A DNA stretch of 64,000 bases from an uncultured Clostridia bacterium (GTDB lineage: Bacteria; Bacillota; Clostridia; TANB77; CAG-508). The stretch spans positions 26,404 through 90,403 of the forward strand of contig CANEDP010000005.1 of the NCBI GenBank assembly GCA_947426305.1. The letters run 5' to 3'. Below, one piece after another: positions 30,980-40,457 of this stretch; position 1 is the first letter of the stretch, and the number at the start of each line of letters is the position of its first letter. The notes beneath the pieces are model-generated. The model made no database searches, had not been told where the DNA came from, and saw only the letters and a list, made by a program, of their open reading frames with translations. A program made the translations under genes and the position numbers.

Positions 30980-32090
30980 ATGTGGGGGGACATAGCAATA
31001 GCATTTATGATAGCATTTATGACGTCTTTTATGATGACACCGCAAACCATCAAACTAGCGCGAAAAGTGGGAGCCGTTGACACACCACAAGATGAAAGAC
31101 GTATCAATAAAATTACGATGCCACGTTTGGGTGGTTTAGCAGTAATTGCAGGTTTTATCATATCTATCGCATATTTGTTGATTGTAATGACGATTGAGGG
31201 AAATATTAATTTATTGCAAGACAATTATCATACCAAATTATTAGGATTTGCGGCTCGGTGGTTTGATTATTTGCTCTGTGTGCTTTTTTGATGATGTCAA
31301 AGGAACAAAAGCAATTGTCAAATTAATTGCTCAGATTTTGGCAGCGATTGTGGTTGTCAAATCTGGTTTGATTATCGATTCGATTGATATTCCGTTTATT
31401 AAAATTAGTAGTGAAAATGAACTTTTTTATCAGATTTTTACAGTTTGCTGGATTATTGGAATTACGAATGCGATGAATTTGATTGATGGATTAGATGGGT
31501 TGTCAACAGGAATATCGATTATTTCGTGTGTTTCGTTGCTACTGATTTTTTCGCTAAATGGTTCACCGATTGTTTCGATTATATTGATAACAGCACTTTG
31601 TGGCTCTTTGGTTGGATTTTTGCCTTACAATTTTAATCCCGCTAAAACCTTTATTGGCGATACTGGTTCTAATTTTTTGGGTTATTGTTTATCCATTATT
31701 TCTATTTTAGGAATTGCTAAAACGTATACAGCCATCGTCATTGTAGCACCATTGATTGTACTTGCTTTGCCATTGTTTGATACGATATTTGCGATTTTCC
31801 GAAGGCTGATTCATGGAAAGTCCCTAAAGGCAATTATCGAACCTGATGCGGGACATTTACACCACAAAATGCTACAAAAAGGCTTTACGCAAAAGCAAGC
31901 TGTTTTGATTATGTATGGGTTAACTGCGACCTTGGGAATGTTTGCGATTATTTTAATGGAAAGTGGAATTTGGAAGGCATTGTCTTTTGCGCTGATTATT
32001 ATTGTGATTATTGCGATGGGATATAAAGAATTTTTTAAGCAAAGATTGCTAGAAGATACGGAAGTAGAAAAAGAAAAAACAGATAGTTAA
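30980..32090 (+). CDS. glycosyltransferase family 4 (WecA/TagO/MraY-like) undecaprenyl-phosphate sugar-phosphate transferase; interrupted by a +1 frame change at CGG 31256-31258
   Basis: Polytopic membrane protein. The two ORFs rejoin as KLLGFAA-GGLIICSVGFFDDVKG. Conserved GT4 motifs are present downstream (NAMNLIDGLDGL). Confidence 0.75.
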
Positions 32091-32210
32091 GTAAACTATT
32101 TGTTTTTTTTATACAAAAAAAGTTGCAATTTACATAAAGATATGCTATAATGATAATAGCAATTAACGTTTGAGAAAAACCCATTACTTAATGGGAGAAG
32201 GAGGAACTTT

Positions 32211-32426
32211 ATGGGATTAAGCGGATACAGTTATTCAATAGCAATAACGTACTTAGAAAAAAAGTTAACAAAAGGCAAGGAAATTGAGGAATATTGGCGG
32301 AAATTTAACAAGTTAATTACAGAGGCTCAGGAGATGAATTTTGATACAGAAATCACTCAGACTGCCAAAAGTTTTGTGACTAAAGTTTTGGAGATTTCTC
32401 CAGAAACGGCGTTAATAACGAACTAA
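32211..32426 (+). CDS. hypothetical small protein (71 aa)
   Basis: RBS ggaggaa. Contains an in-frame TGG-CGG pair (CGG at 32298-32300); a +1 shift there would instead give a 37-aa product. Confidence 0.4.
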   Translation: MGLSGYSYSIAITYLEKKLTKGKEIEEYWRKFNKLITEAQEMNFDTEITQTAKSFVTKVLEISPETALITN

Positions 32427-32573
32427 ACTTCCTAAAAAACTACTAGATTTTGAAATTTTAGAATCTAGTGGTTTTTATTTTATTTTGTAACACAAATTTA
32501 ATAAAAAATCACTTGAATTTCTCAAACGATAAGTATATAATAAAGGGGACAATTGTATGAAAGGTAAAAAATC

Positions 32574-34019
32574 ATGGTAAAAAGCATACAAATAAAACTT
32601 GTTATGGTTTTTATGATTCTTGGAATAATAGTAATTACAGGCTTAGGTTCAATTTTTATTTATAAATTAAATTATATTAATGTAGAATTGACCGAAATTA
32701 ATATGACAAGTGCAGAAATTCATCAATTATTGACAGAGCAAATCAAACAAATTCAAGAAATCATCTATGGCTCTTTAATCATTTTTACAGGGTTAATTGT
32801 ACTATTAGGTGTAGTTTTAGCAAAAGTAGTCATTAACCCCATTTCTAGACTTGTGAAAAGTGCCGAAATGATAGCTAATGGCGAAGATATTGAAATTGAA
32901 TATTTAGCAGGAAGCAAAAACAAGACAGAAATTGATGAACTTGTGCGAGCCTTCAGTATTATGAATACTGGATTAAAAGAAAACTTAAACGAAGTAACTA
33001 GACAAAAAAAGCAAATTGAAACCATTCTTCTACATATGACAGACGGAATTGTGGCTTTTGATATGGATGGCAAGATTATTCACATGAATTTGGCTGCCAA
33101 AAAAATGCTTTCGATTACAGAAGAAGAAAACTTTTCAGCTATTTTTGATAAATTCGATGTCGATATCAATTTGGAAAAAATCATTTATTTGGATGATTGG
33201 ACTTCTTCAGAAAAAAAATTGAATTTAGATGACCAATTCATTAACTTATTTTTTGCGCCATTTAAAAACGAAAATGATAGACCAGCAGGCGTGATTGTTA
33301 TGGTTCAAGATATCACTGAACAAGAAAGAGTTGAGAATATGCGAAAAGAATTTGTGGCAGATGTCTCTCACGAGTTAAAAACACCGATTACTTCCATTAT
33401 GGGTTATGCTGATACTTTGATTGATTCAGATGTTGATGAAGCTAATCAAAAAAGGTTTTTGGAGCGCATTTCTTCAGAAGCAAAAAGAATGTCTCGCTTG
33501 GTTGCTGATTTGCTGATTCTATCGAAATACGATACCGATAAAATAAAAATTGAAAAAACAGAATTTGATTTGGGTGAATTAGTAAAATACATTTTTGAAG
33601 GACAAACGATTGAAATGCAAAAAAAGAATTTGACAGGAGAATGTTATGTCACAGCAGATGTGCCATTGGTTTATGCAGATAAAACAGGGATTGAACGAGT
33701 GATTATCAACATTTTGTCAAATGCGATGAAATACACAGACGAAGGCGGAAATATTACAGTCTATGTTGGATTTGTTTATAATGATGCTTATATCAAAATA
33801 AAAGATACAGGACGTGGAATACCGGAAAAAGACTTGGAGAAAATATTTGAAAGATTTTACCGAGTTGATAAAGATAGAGCAAGAGAAACAGGTGGAACTG
33901 GCTTAGGACTGTCTATTGCAAAAGAAATATTAGACCAGAATGATAGCAAAATTGATATAAAAAGTGAGGTAGGAAAGGGAACTGATGTTATTATCAGGAT
34001 ACCTACAAAAATAAAATAA
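32574..34019 (+). CDS. sensor histidine kinase (two N-terminal TM helices, HAMP, PAS, HisKA and HATPase_c domains)
   Basis: H-box FVADVSHELKTPITSI, N box and G boxes (IKDTGRGIP, GGTGLGLSIAKEI). No adjacent response regulator. Confidence 0.85.
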   Translation: MVKSIQIKLVMVFMILGIIVITGLGSIFIYKLNYINVELTEINMTSAEIHQLLTEQIKQIQEIIYGSLIIFTGLIVLLGVVLAKVVINPISRLVKSAEMIANGEDIEIEYLAGSKNKTEIDELVRAFSIMNTGLKENLNEVTRQKKQIETILLHMTDGIVAFDMDGKIIHMNLAAKKMLSITEEENFSAIFDKFDVDINLEKIIYLDDWTSSEKKLNLDDQFINLFFAPFKNENDRPAGVIVMVQDITEQERVENMRKEFVADVSHELKTPITSIMGYADTLIDSDVDEANQKRFLERISSEAKRMSRLVADLLILSKYDTDKIKIEKTEFDLGELVKYIFEGQTIEMQKKNLTGECYVTADVPLVYADKTGIERVIINILSNAMKYTDEGGNITVYVGFVYNDAYIKIKDTGRGIPEKDLEKIFERFYRVDKDRARETGGTGLGLSIAKEILDQNDSKIDIKSEVGKGTDVIIRIPTKIK

Positions 34020-34050
34020 AATGTTACGAGAGATAAAAGGAGGAAAAAAT

Positions 34051-35100
34051 ATGAAAAAAGTAAAAAGAATTTTAGTGATACTATTGGTAAGTATAATTTT
34101 GTTGTGGACGAAGGTGGCGTATGCAACAACATCGGTAGATAATATTTTGCAACAAATTGGTAGTTTAAAATATGTTTGTATAGGTGTCGGTGTACTTTTG
34201 ATTTTGTTGGTTTTGTGGATTAGCTATAAATCTGATAAAACACAAGAAAATAAGGAAAATCAATTAGAAGACGAAGAAGATGAAGAAGAAAACACGAATG
34301 AAGAGGAAGAGATTGAAGAAGATTCTACTAATGAATTGGAATTTAATGAAGGACAAAGCCTGTATGCTGCATTTGAGGAAAAACAAGAAAGTAATAAAAT
34401 TCCAAAAACTCGAAAAAAATCATATACTGAGAAAAGTGCAACTGATTTTCAATTAGATGATATATTTGATGAAAAAGTTCCAGAAATTGAACAAGATGAA
34501 ATAATGGAAGAAAATAAAATGGAAATTAATCATTTTAATACCCTAATTGAAGAAGAAAGTCAAGATGCCAATGATACTAGTTTAGAAGATGACTTTTTAA
34601 TGCAAATGAATAAAAATTTAGCACCAGAAACTTTTTCAACCTCAGAAGAATTAGATGATTTAGAGGACTTTGAAATAAAGTCAAGAAAAAGAACAAAAGT
34701 AGATAGTAAAGTAGCAAAAAAAGAACCAGTTAAAAGGGTGACAAGAAAAACGACTAAATCAGAAGATTTGGAGGAGAACCCAGTAAAGAAAACGGCTAAA
34801 AAAGTAGCAAAAGAAGAGCCAACTAAAAAAGTAGTAACCAAAACGACAAGAAAAGTTGCAAAATTAGAAGAAACAGAAGAAAATCCAGTAAAGAAAACGA
34901 CAACCAAAAAAACAACAACGAGAAAAGTAGCAAAAGAAGAACCAGTTAAAAAAACAGCAACTAAAAAGACAACCAAACCAGCGGAAACAACAGCAAAGAA
35001 AACAACAGCGAGAAAAACGGTAACGAAAAAAGTAGCAAAAGAAGAACCAGCTTCAAAAACAACAACAAAGAAAACAACTAGAAAAAAGAAAGATGAATAA
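34051..35100 (+). CDS. signal-peptide protein with an acidic region followed by Lys/Thr-rich tandem repeats (VAKEEPxKK / TTKKTT)
   Basis: RBS aaaggagg precedes the ATG at 34051. It has a signal peptide plus TM helix and a DE-rich segment. Nucleotide-level tandem repeats run across ~34700-35090 (aaaagtagcaaaagaagaaccag occurs three or more times). Confidence 0.7.
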   Translation: MKKVKRILVILLVSIILLWTKVAYATTSVDNILQQIGSLKYVCIGVGVLLILLVLWISYKSDKTQENKENQLEDEEDEEENTNEEEEIEEDSTNELEFNEGQSLYAAFEEKQESNKIPKTRKKSYTEKSATDFQLDDIFDEKVPEIEQDEIMEENKMEINHFNTLIEEESQDANDTSLEDDFLMQMNKNLAPETFSTSEELDDLEDFEIKSRKRTKVDSKVAKKEPVKRVTRKTTKSEDLEENPVKKTAKKVAKEEPTKKVVTKTTRKVAKLEETEENPVKKTTTKKTTTRKVAKEEPVKKTATKKTTKPAETTAKKTTARKTVTKKVAKEEPASKTTTKKTTRKKKDE

Positions 35101-35144
35101 ATCATCAAACAAGACAATAAAATTGCCTAGGAAGGGAAAACTAA

Positions 35145-35775
35145 ATGAGTGAAAATGTACGAAACATATTAGAATGGATATATTGCATTATCATAGCATT
35201 AGTGCTTGCTTTGCTATTTCGCTATTTTATAGCCACACCAACTATTGTCAAACAAAGGTCAATGTATCCAACTTTGCAAGAAAATCAACGATTAATTTTG
35301 AATCGAACCGCGCGCTTAACGAAAAAAGCGCCAAAGGTAGGAGATATCATCACGTTCGAGGCTCCTACAAGAGCGTATACCGCAATTGATGCAAACCAAA
35401 ACAACCCAATTGCAAGTTATGAAAATGAGCCGAAAGGAATTTTTGGTAAATTCACTTATCACGTTTTGGAATTTACGAAGAAAAGTTATATTAAACGAGT
35501 CATTGCGCTAGAGGGACAACACGTTGTCATCAAAGAAAACAAAGTATATGTCAATGGAGTGGAGATTAGGGAAGATTATTTGCAAGATGACGTCGTAACG
35601 ACTTCTAATGTATTTAATGATTTTATTGTTCCAAAGGGCTATATTTTTGCTATGGGCGATAACAGAAGCAAAAGTACGGACTGTAGAGAGCTTCGGATGT
35701 ATACCACTAGATAAAGTGGAAGGAATTGTTGTTTTTCGATTTTGGCCATGGAGCGGTCTCGGAAAAATAGAGTAG
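35145..35775 (+). CDS. lepB: signal peptidase I (S26 family, LepB/SipS); interrupted by a +1 frame change at CGG 35694-35696
   Basis: Starts NILEWIYCIIIALVLALLF and contains GDNRSKSTD. The C-terminus rejoins as CREL-GCIPLDKVEGIVVFRFWPWSGLGKIE with a stop at 35773-35775. Confidence 0.75.
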
Positions 35776-35784
35776 GAGTTTATT

Positions 35785-36688
35785 TTGGATTTTGGGGATA
35801 TCATAGGAAATGAAGAAATAAAAAGATATTTGTCAAATTGTATTCAGAAAAATAATATTTCACAAAGTTATCTTTTTGTTGGAACAGAAGGAATTGGCAA
35901 ATTATTAATAGCTAAAGCCTTTGCCAAAAAAATTTTGTGCTTGGAGCAAGAGAAAAAAAGCAATTGCCAGTGTAAATCTTGTGGATGCTTTTTGGGGGGA
36001 AATCATCCGGACTATTTTGTAGTAAATGAAAATGGAGAAACTATTAAAATAGAGCAAATCCGAGAAATAACTAGCAAAGTGATTGAAGCACCGATTATTT
36101 CAAATAGAAAAGTATATATTATCAATGATTGCGACAAAATGACAGTAGAAGCCCAAAATTGCTTACTAAAAACACTAGAAGAACCACCAGAATTTGCTGT
36201 TATGATTTTAATTTCAGCCAATGAAAATACCATTTTAAATACCATCAAATCAAGATGTATGACAATCAAATTTGGACCGATTTCAAAAGAGGAATTGAGA
36301 AAATATGCTATGGACAAGTTAGGCTATGCACGGAATGTCCGAAAATTTATTAGATTTATTGGGTGGAAGCATTGGAAAAGCAATTCTTCAAAAAGAAAAA
36401 CAAGAGCAATTTTTGCAAGTTGAAAATATCATAAATGGATTGGAAACACAGGATATCATCACGATGATGAACCAAGCAAAAGTAATTTATGATAAAGAAA
36501 ATGTGAATAGTATTTTGGAATATATGATGATATGTATGTATTCCAAAGCAAGAGAAAATAAGGTTTTTATCAATTGTATTGAAACGATTAATCATGCCAT
36601 GGCAAATTTAAAAAGAAATTGCAATTTTGACATGACATTGGATACCATGCTTTTTGAAATGTGGGAAACGGTAAGGAAAGGGATGTAA
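35785..36688 (+). CDS. holB: DNA polymerase III delta-prime subunit; interrupted by a +1 frame change at CGG 36331-36333
   Basis: TTG start after AGGAG. Walker-like motif GTEGIGKLLIAKAFAKKILC and a zinc-module-like CQCKSCGCF. The ORFs rejoin as KLGYA-GMSENLLDLLGGSIGKA. The exact junction is less constrained here than for the ferredoxin. Confidence 0.7.
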
Positions 36689-36689
36689 A

Positions 36690-37607
36690 ATGAAACAGAT
36701 TGTAGGGGTTAACTTTAAAAATCCGGGCAAAATATATTATTTTGATCCAAATAATTTTAAATTGGAAAAAGGAATGCACGTTATTGTGGATACCGCAATG
36801 GGTGAAGAATATGGTGAAGTCGTAATTGCCAACAAAGATGTGGCAGACGAAAAAGTGGCAGAGCCACTAAAACAAGTGGTTCGAATTGCGACGGCAAAAG
36901 AAGATAAAATGCGCCAAGAGTTTAAGGATAAAGAAAACGAAGCATTTGAAAAATGCCAAGAAGAAATCAAAAAATTTGATTTACCAATGAAACTTATTGA
37001 AGCAGAATATAAATACGATGGAAGTAAACTCACGTTTTATTTTTCATCTGAAAAAAGAATTGATTTTCGAGAATTAGTCAAGTCACTAGCAGCAATTTTT
37101 AAAACGAGAATTGAAATGCGTCAGATTGGCGTAAGAGACGAAGTACGTAGACTAGGTGGAAATGGAATCTGTGGAAGAGAATTATGCTGTTGTTCTTTTC
37201 TTAGAAATTTCGATACAGTTTCGATTAAAATGGCGAAAGAACAAAATTTGTCACTCAATCCAACTAAAATTTCTGGAAATTGTGGTAGATTGATGTGTTG
37301 TCTCAAATATGAACACGAAGTATATTGTGACAAATTAAAAGCTTTACCTAAAATTGGGGCAGAGGTAAAAACAGCAGATGGAATTGGAGAAGTGGCTTCA
37401 GTCGAGACTTTAAAGGAAATGGTACGAGTAAAATTCCACGAAAATGGGGAAACTTACTTCAAAAAATATAGTGCGAAAGATATTGTTGTTGTAAAAGATG
37501 TGGAAAACAGTTATGAAAAAAACGAAATGGATAACGAAGAAGATTTAAAAGAACTAGAAAAATTAGAGAAGTTAGATAAACAGGAGAATTCAGATAGTAA
37601 TATTTAA
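36690..37607 (+). CDS. yaaT: PSP1 C-terminal domain protein (YaaT/RicT, stage 0 sporulation-associated)
   Basis: Contains GNGICGRELCCCSFLRNF ... NCGRLMCCLKYEHEVY, which is characteristic of YaaT. Confidence 0.85.
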   Translation: MKQIVGVNFKNPGKIYYFDPNNFKLEKGMHVIVDTAMGEEYGEVVIANKDVADEKVAEPLKQVVRIATAKEDKMRQEFKDKENEAFEKCQEEIKKFDLPMKLIEAEYKYDGSKLTFYFSSEKRIDFRELVKSLAAIFKTRIEMRQIGVRDEVRRLGGNGICGRELCCCSFLRNFDTVSIKMAKEQNLSLNPTKISGNCGRLMCCLKYEHEVYCDKLKALPKIGAEVKTADGIGEVASVETLKEMVRVKFHENGETYFKKYSAKDIVVVKDVENSYEKNEMDNEEDLKELEKLEKLDKQENSDSNI

Positions 37608-37644
37608 AACGAAAGATAAAAAATAATTCAAGGGGTTTATAACA

Positions 37645-38925
37645 ATGAAAAAACTAATCAAAAATGCATATATATTGGACATGGTGGGAGAAACTGCCAA
37701 TATTCGAAAAGCAGATATATTAATCAAAGATAAAAAAATTGAAAAAATTGAGCCAGAAATTGAAGAAGAAGTTGAACAAAAAATAAATGCTAAAAATATG
37801 CTTATCATGCCAGGATTAATCAATACACATACTCATTTGGCTATGAGTATTTTTAGAGGATACAAGGATGATAGAAAATTAATGGATTGGCTAGAAAACG
37901 CCATTTTCCCAGTAGAAGATAAACTGAAACCAGATGATATTTATTGGAATTCTTATTTATCATGCCTAGAAATGATAAAATCTGGAACAACAACTTGCAA
38001 TGATATGTATTTTGGCATGAATAAAGTCATCGAGGCGATTGAAGCAACTGGATTAAGAGCGGTAGTTGCCTGGTGTATGACAGATGATTCGATTAATGAT
38101 AAAGCTCAAAAAACAAGAGAATATGCTAAAAAATATAATGTTCCAGATAGCAGAATCAAAATTTTTACGTCTCCACACGCACCATATACTTGCAATCCAG
38201 ATACAATTAAAATCTGTGTCGATTTGGCCAAAGAATTAAAGACAGGCTTACATATTCATTTGTCGGAAACAATGGATGAAGAAAAAACAATTTATGAAAG
38301 ATACGATAAACGCGGAACTGAATATTTAAATGATTTAGGTGTTTTCGAAGTGCCAGTTGTGCTAGCACATGGAATTTATATTTCAGATAGCGACATCGAA
38401 ATTTTAAAAAATATGAAGGGTGGAATTTCACACAATCCCATCAGCAATTGCAAATTATCTTCTGGAATTTGTGATGTTGTAAAACTTCGTAGTCATGGAC
38501 TAAATGTGGGCTTAGGAACAGATGGAATCGGAAGCACAACGACATTGGATATGTTTGAGGAAATGAAAACAGCCGCTTATTTGCAAAAAGTAAATACCAA
38601 AGAACCAACATCGATTACAGCCTACGAAATTCTAAAAATGGCAACTATCGAAGGCGCCAAAGTATTGGGTATGGAAGATGAAATTGGAACGCTAGAGGTT
38701 GGTAAAAAAGCTGATATGATATTTATAAAAACAGACAAAATTCATTTATGTCCAGAGAATGATGTATGTGCCAATATTGTTTATTCTGCAAACGGTGCAG
38801 ATGTGGATTCTGTCATGATTGATGGGAATTTGATTATGCAAAATCGTAAAATGATTCATTTAAGCGAAAAAGAAGTTATGAGACAAGTGAAAAAGATTGC
38901 GAAAAGATTGTTAGAACACAGCTAA
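37645..38925 (+). CDS. mtaD: 5-methylthioadenosine/S-adenosylhomocysteine deaminase (amidohydrolase, MtaD/TRZ-ATZ family)
   Basis: Has MPGLINTHTHLAMS and HLSET and is 426 aa. Confidence 0.85.
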   Translation: MKKLIKNAYILDMVGETANIRKADILIKDKKIEKIEPEIEEEVEQKINAKNMLIMPGLINTHTHLAMSIFRGYKDDRKLMDWLENAIFPVEDKLKPDDIYWNSYLSCLEMIKSGTTTCNDMYFGMNKVIEAIEATGLRAVVAWCMTDDSINDKAQKTREYAKKYNVPDSRIKIFTSPHAPYTCNPDTIKICVDLAKELKTGLHIHLSETMDEEKTIYERYDKRGTEYLNDLGVFEVPVVLAHGIYISDSDIEILKNMKGGISHNPISNCKLSSGICDVVKLRSHGLNVGLGTDGIGSTTTLDMFEEMKTAAYLQKVNTKEPTSITAYEILKMATIEGAKVLGMEDEIGTLEVGKKADMIFIKTDKIHLCPENDVCANIVYSANGADVDSVMIDGNLIMQNRKMIHLSEKEVMRQVKKIAKRLLEHS

Positions 38926-39064
38926 AAAGTAAAATAGGCTAACCTTTTATGATATCATATTTTTATGGTTATATCAAATTGACAAGGCTCAAAATATGGA
39001 TTAATTGTTTTAAGGTAATTTAATTAAATATATAAGAGAAAGTCAGAGAAAGGAGGAAACGATA

Positions 39065-39217
39065 GTGGAAGATAAAAAAGAACAAATTGCAAAAACAATA
39101 ATCGATGTTAAACTAAGCGATGTTGATGCAATAACAAATGAAACTAAACAAGCTATGAAAAGTTTAAAAACAGAAGAAAAAGATAAGAAGGGAGAAGAAA
39201 AAGATGGTAAAGGTTGA
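39065..39217 (+). CDS. possible small ORF (50 aa), overlapping the start of the next gene
   Basis: GTG start 7 nt after aaaggagg. Low-complexity Lys/Glu-rich product. Speculative. Confidence 0.25.
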   Translation: MEDKKEQIAKTIIDVKLSDVDAITNETKQAMKSLKTEEKDKKGEEKDGKG

Positions 39218-39680
39218 TGTTGTATCAGATGATTACAGAATTGCTGCAACAGAAATATTGGATATTATTGAGCATTTGTCGCTAAATGCTACGAACAAAA
39301 TTCCATTACAGTTGTTAGAATTTTTTAAAGAAGTTTCAATGAAAGATTACAAGCCAAAATTTGATTATTCGCAAGGTCTTGAAAAAATTAGTTTTACACC
39401 AAAGACCAAAGCTTTATTAGCTATGATTTATCGAAATTATTTATGCTCTGAAGAGGAACGAAAAGAATTTGACAAGAAATTATTTGAAAATGAAGAAAAG
39501 TATCAGCAGGAGTTGAGAGAAAAATATAATCCAGACAATATTTTTAAAAATGAAGAAGTATCTAATATAGAAGAAAATTCAAAAGAAGAGAATAATCAGA
39601 ACACAGCACTCATAGAATATAAAGAAAAGAAATGGTATCATAAAATTTTTGAAAAGCTTGTAAGTCTTTTTAAAAAATAA
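39204..39680 (+). CDS. hypothetical protein (158 aa)
   Basis: ORF with no recognised domain and a C-terminal Glu/Lys-rich tail. Confidence 0.5.
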   Translation: MVKVDVVSDDYRIAATEILDIIEHLSLNATNKIPLQLLEFFKEVSMKDYKPKFDYSQGLEKISFTPKTKALLAMIYRNYLCSEEERKEFDKKLFENEEKYQQELREKYNPDNIFKNEEVSNIEENSKEENNQNTALIEYKEKKWYHKIFEKLVSLFKK

Positions 39681-39739
39681 TTGACAATTGTCAAAAATTT
39701 GATATAATAAAGTAAATTAAGTAAGGGAGGTACCAAAAA

Positions 39740-39920
39740 ATGGCGTATAAAATTACCGATAAATGTATTAGTTGCGGAGCGTGTGCAGGAGCGTGTCCAG
39801 TCAGTTGTATTTCACAAGGAGACGATAAATATGTAATCGATGAGAACGTATGCATCGAATGTCGGAACTTGTGCAGGAGTTTGCCCAGTTGAGGCACCAA
39901 AGAAAAATGAAGAGGCGTAA
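39740..39920 (+). CDS. fdx: 4Fe-4S ferredoxin; interrupted by a +1 frame change at CGG 39863-39865
   Basis: Starts MAYKITDKCISCGACAGACPV. The second cluster motif is restored as CIEC-G-TCAGVCPVEAPKKNEEA only if one nt of tgtc is skipped. Confidence 0.8.
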
Positions 39921-39936
39921 ATAAAAAATCATACTG

Positions 39937-39963
39937 AAAACTAGGAGAAATCCTAGTTTTTTT
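39937..39963 (+). terminator. rho-independent terminator after ferredoxin (aaaactaggagaaatcctagtttttt)
   Basis: Inverted repeat plus a T-run. Confidence 0.6.
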
Positions 39964-40047
39964 GTGCAAATGTATTGACAATTTCTATTTTTTATACTAA
40001 AATAGTATCAATTAATACCAAAACAAAAAGAAAGGAACAAAATCATC

Positions 40048-40446
40048 ATGCCAAATAGTCCAAACAAATATCTGAACCATACACGAGATGAGATAAAAGA
40101 ATTCTTAACTGAATTTAAAAAACTGGTAAGAAATAAAAAATTTGTTATTCCACAAAATGCAAAACGAAAAGATAATAAGGAATTTTTGCAAAAGTATCAT
40201 TTAAATGAGAAAAAACAAATGAAAATGTTACTCGATATTGGAGTTTTCGATTTTTGCTATTCGGTAGATAATGATAAAAATCCAAAAGAAAGACTCTATA
40301 TTTTTTTCAAAGAGTATGAATTGGATAATTGGGGAATATTAGAAAAAATATCCGTATATATTAAAATAGTTATAAAGGAAGAAGATTATACGGTAATCGT
40401 ATCGTTCCATAAACCTAAAAAGTTAATAAAGAAGTTATTTATATAA
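40048..40446 (+). CDS. MqsR-family type II toxin (putative mRNA interferase)
   Basis: The C-terminus (SVYIKIVIKEEDYTVIVSFHKPKK) aligns to E. coli MqsR (VYLKITVIHDVLIVSFKEK). There is an N-terminal HTR motif and a DFCYS segment corresponding to MqsR DFYKS. Confidence 0.6.
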   Translation: MPNSPNKYLNHTRDEIKEFLTEFKKLVRNKKFVIPQNAKRKDNKEFLQKYHLNEKKQMKMLLDIGVFDFCYSVDNDKNPKERLYIFFKEYELDNWGILEKISVYIKIVIKEEDYTVIVSFHKPKKLIKKLFI

Positions 40447-40457
40447 GGAGAGAAAAA

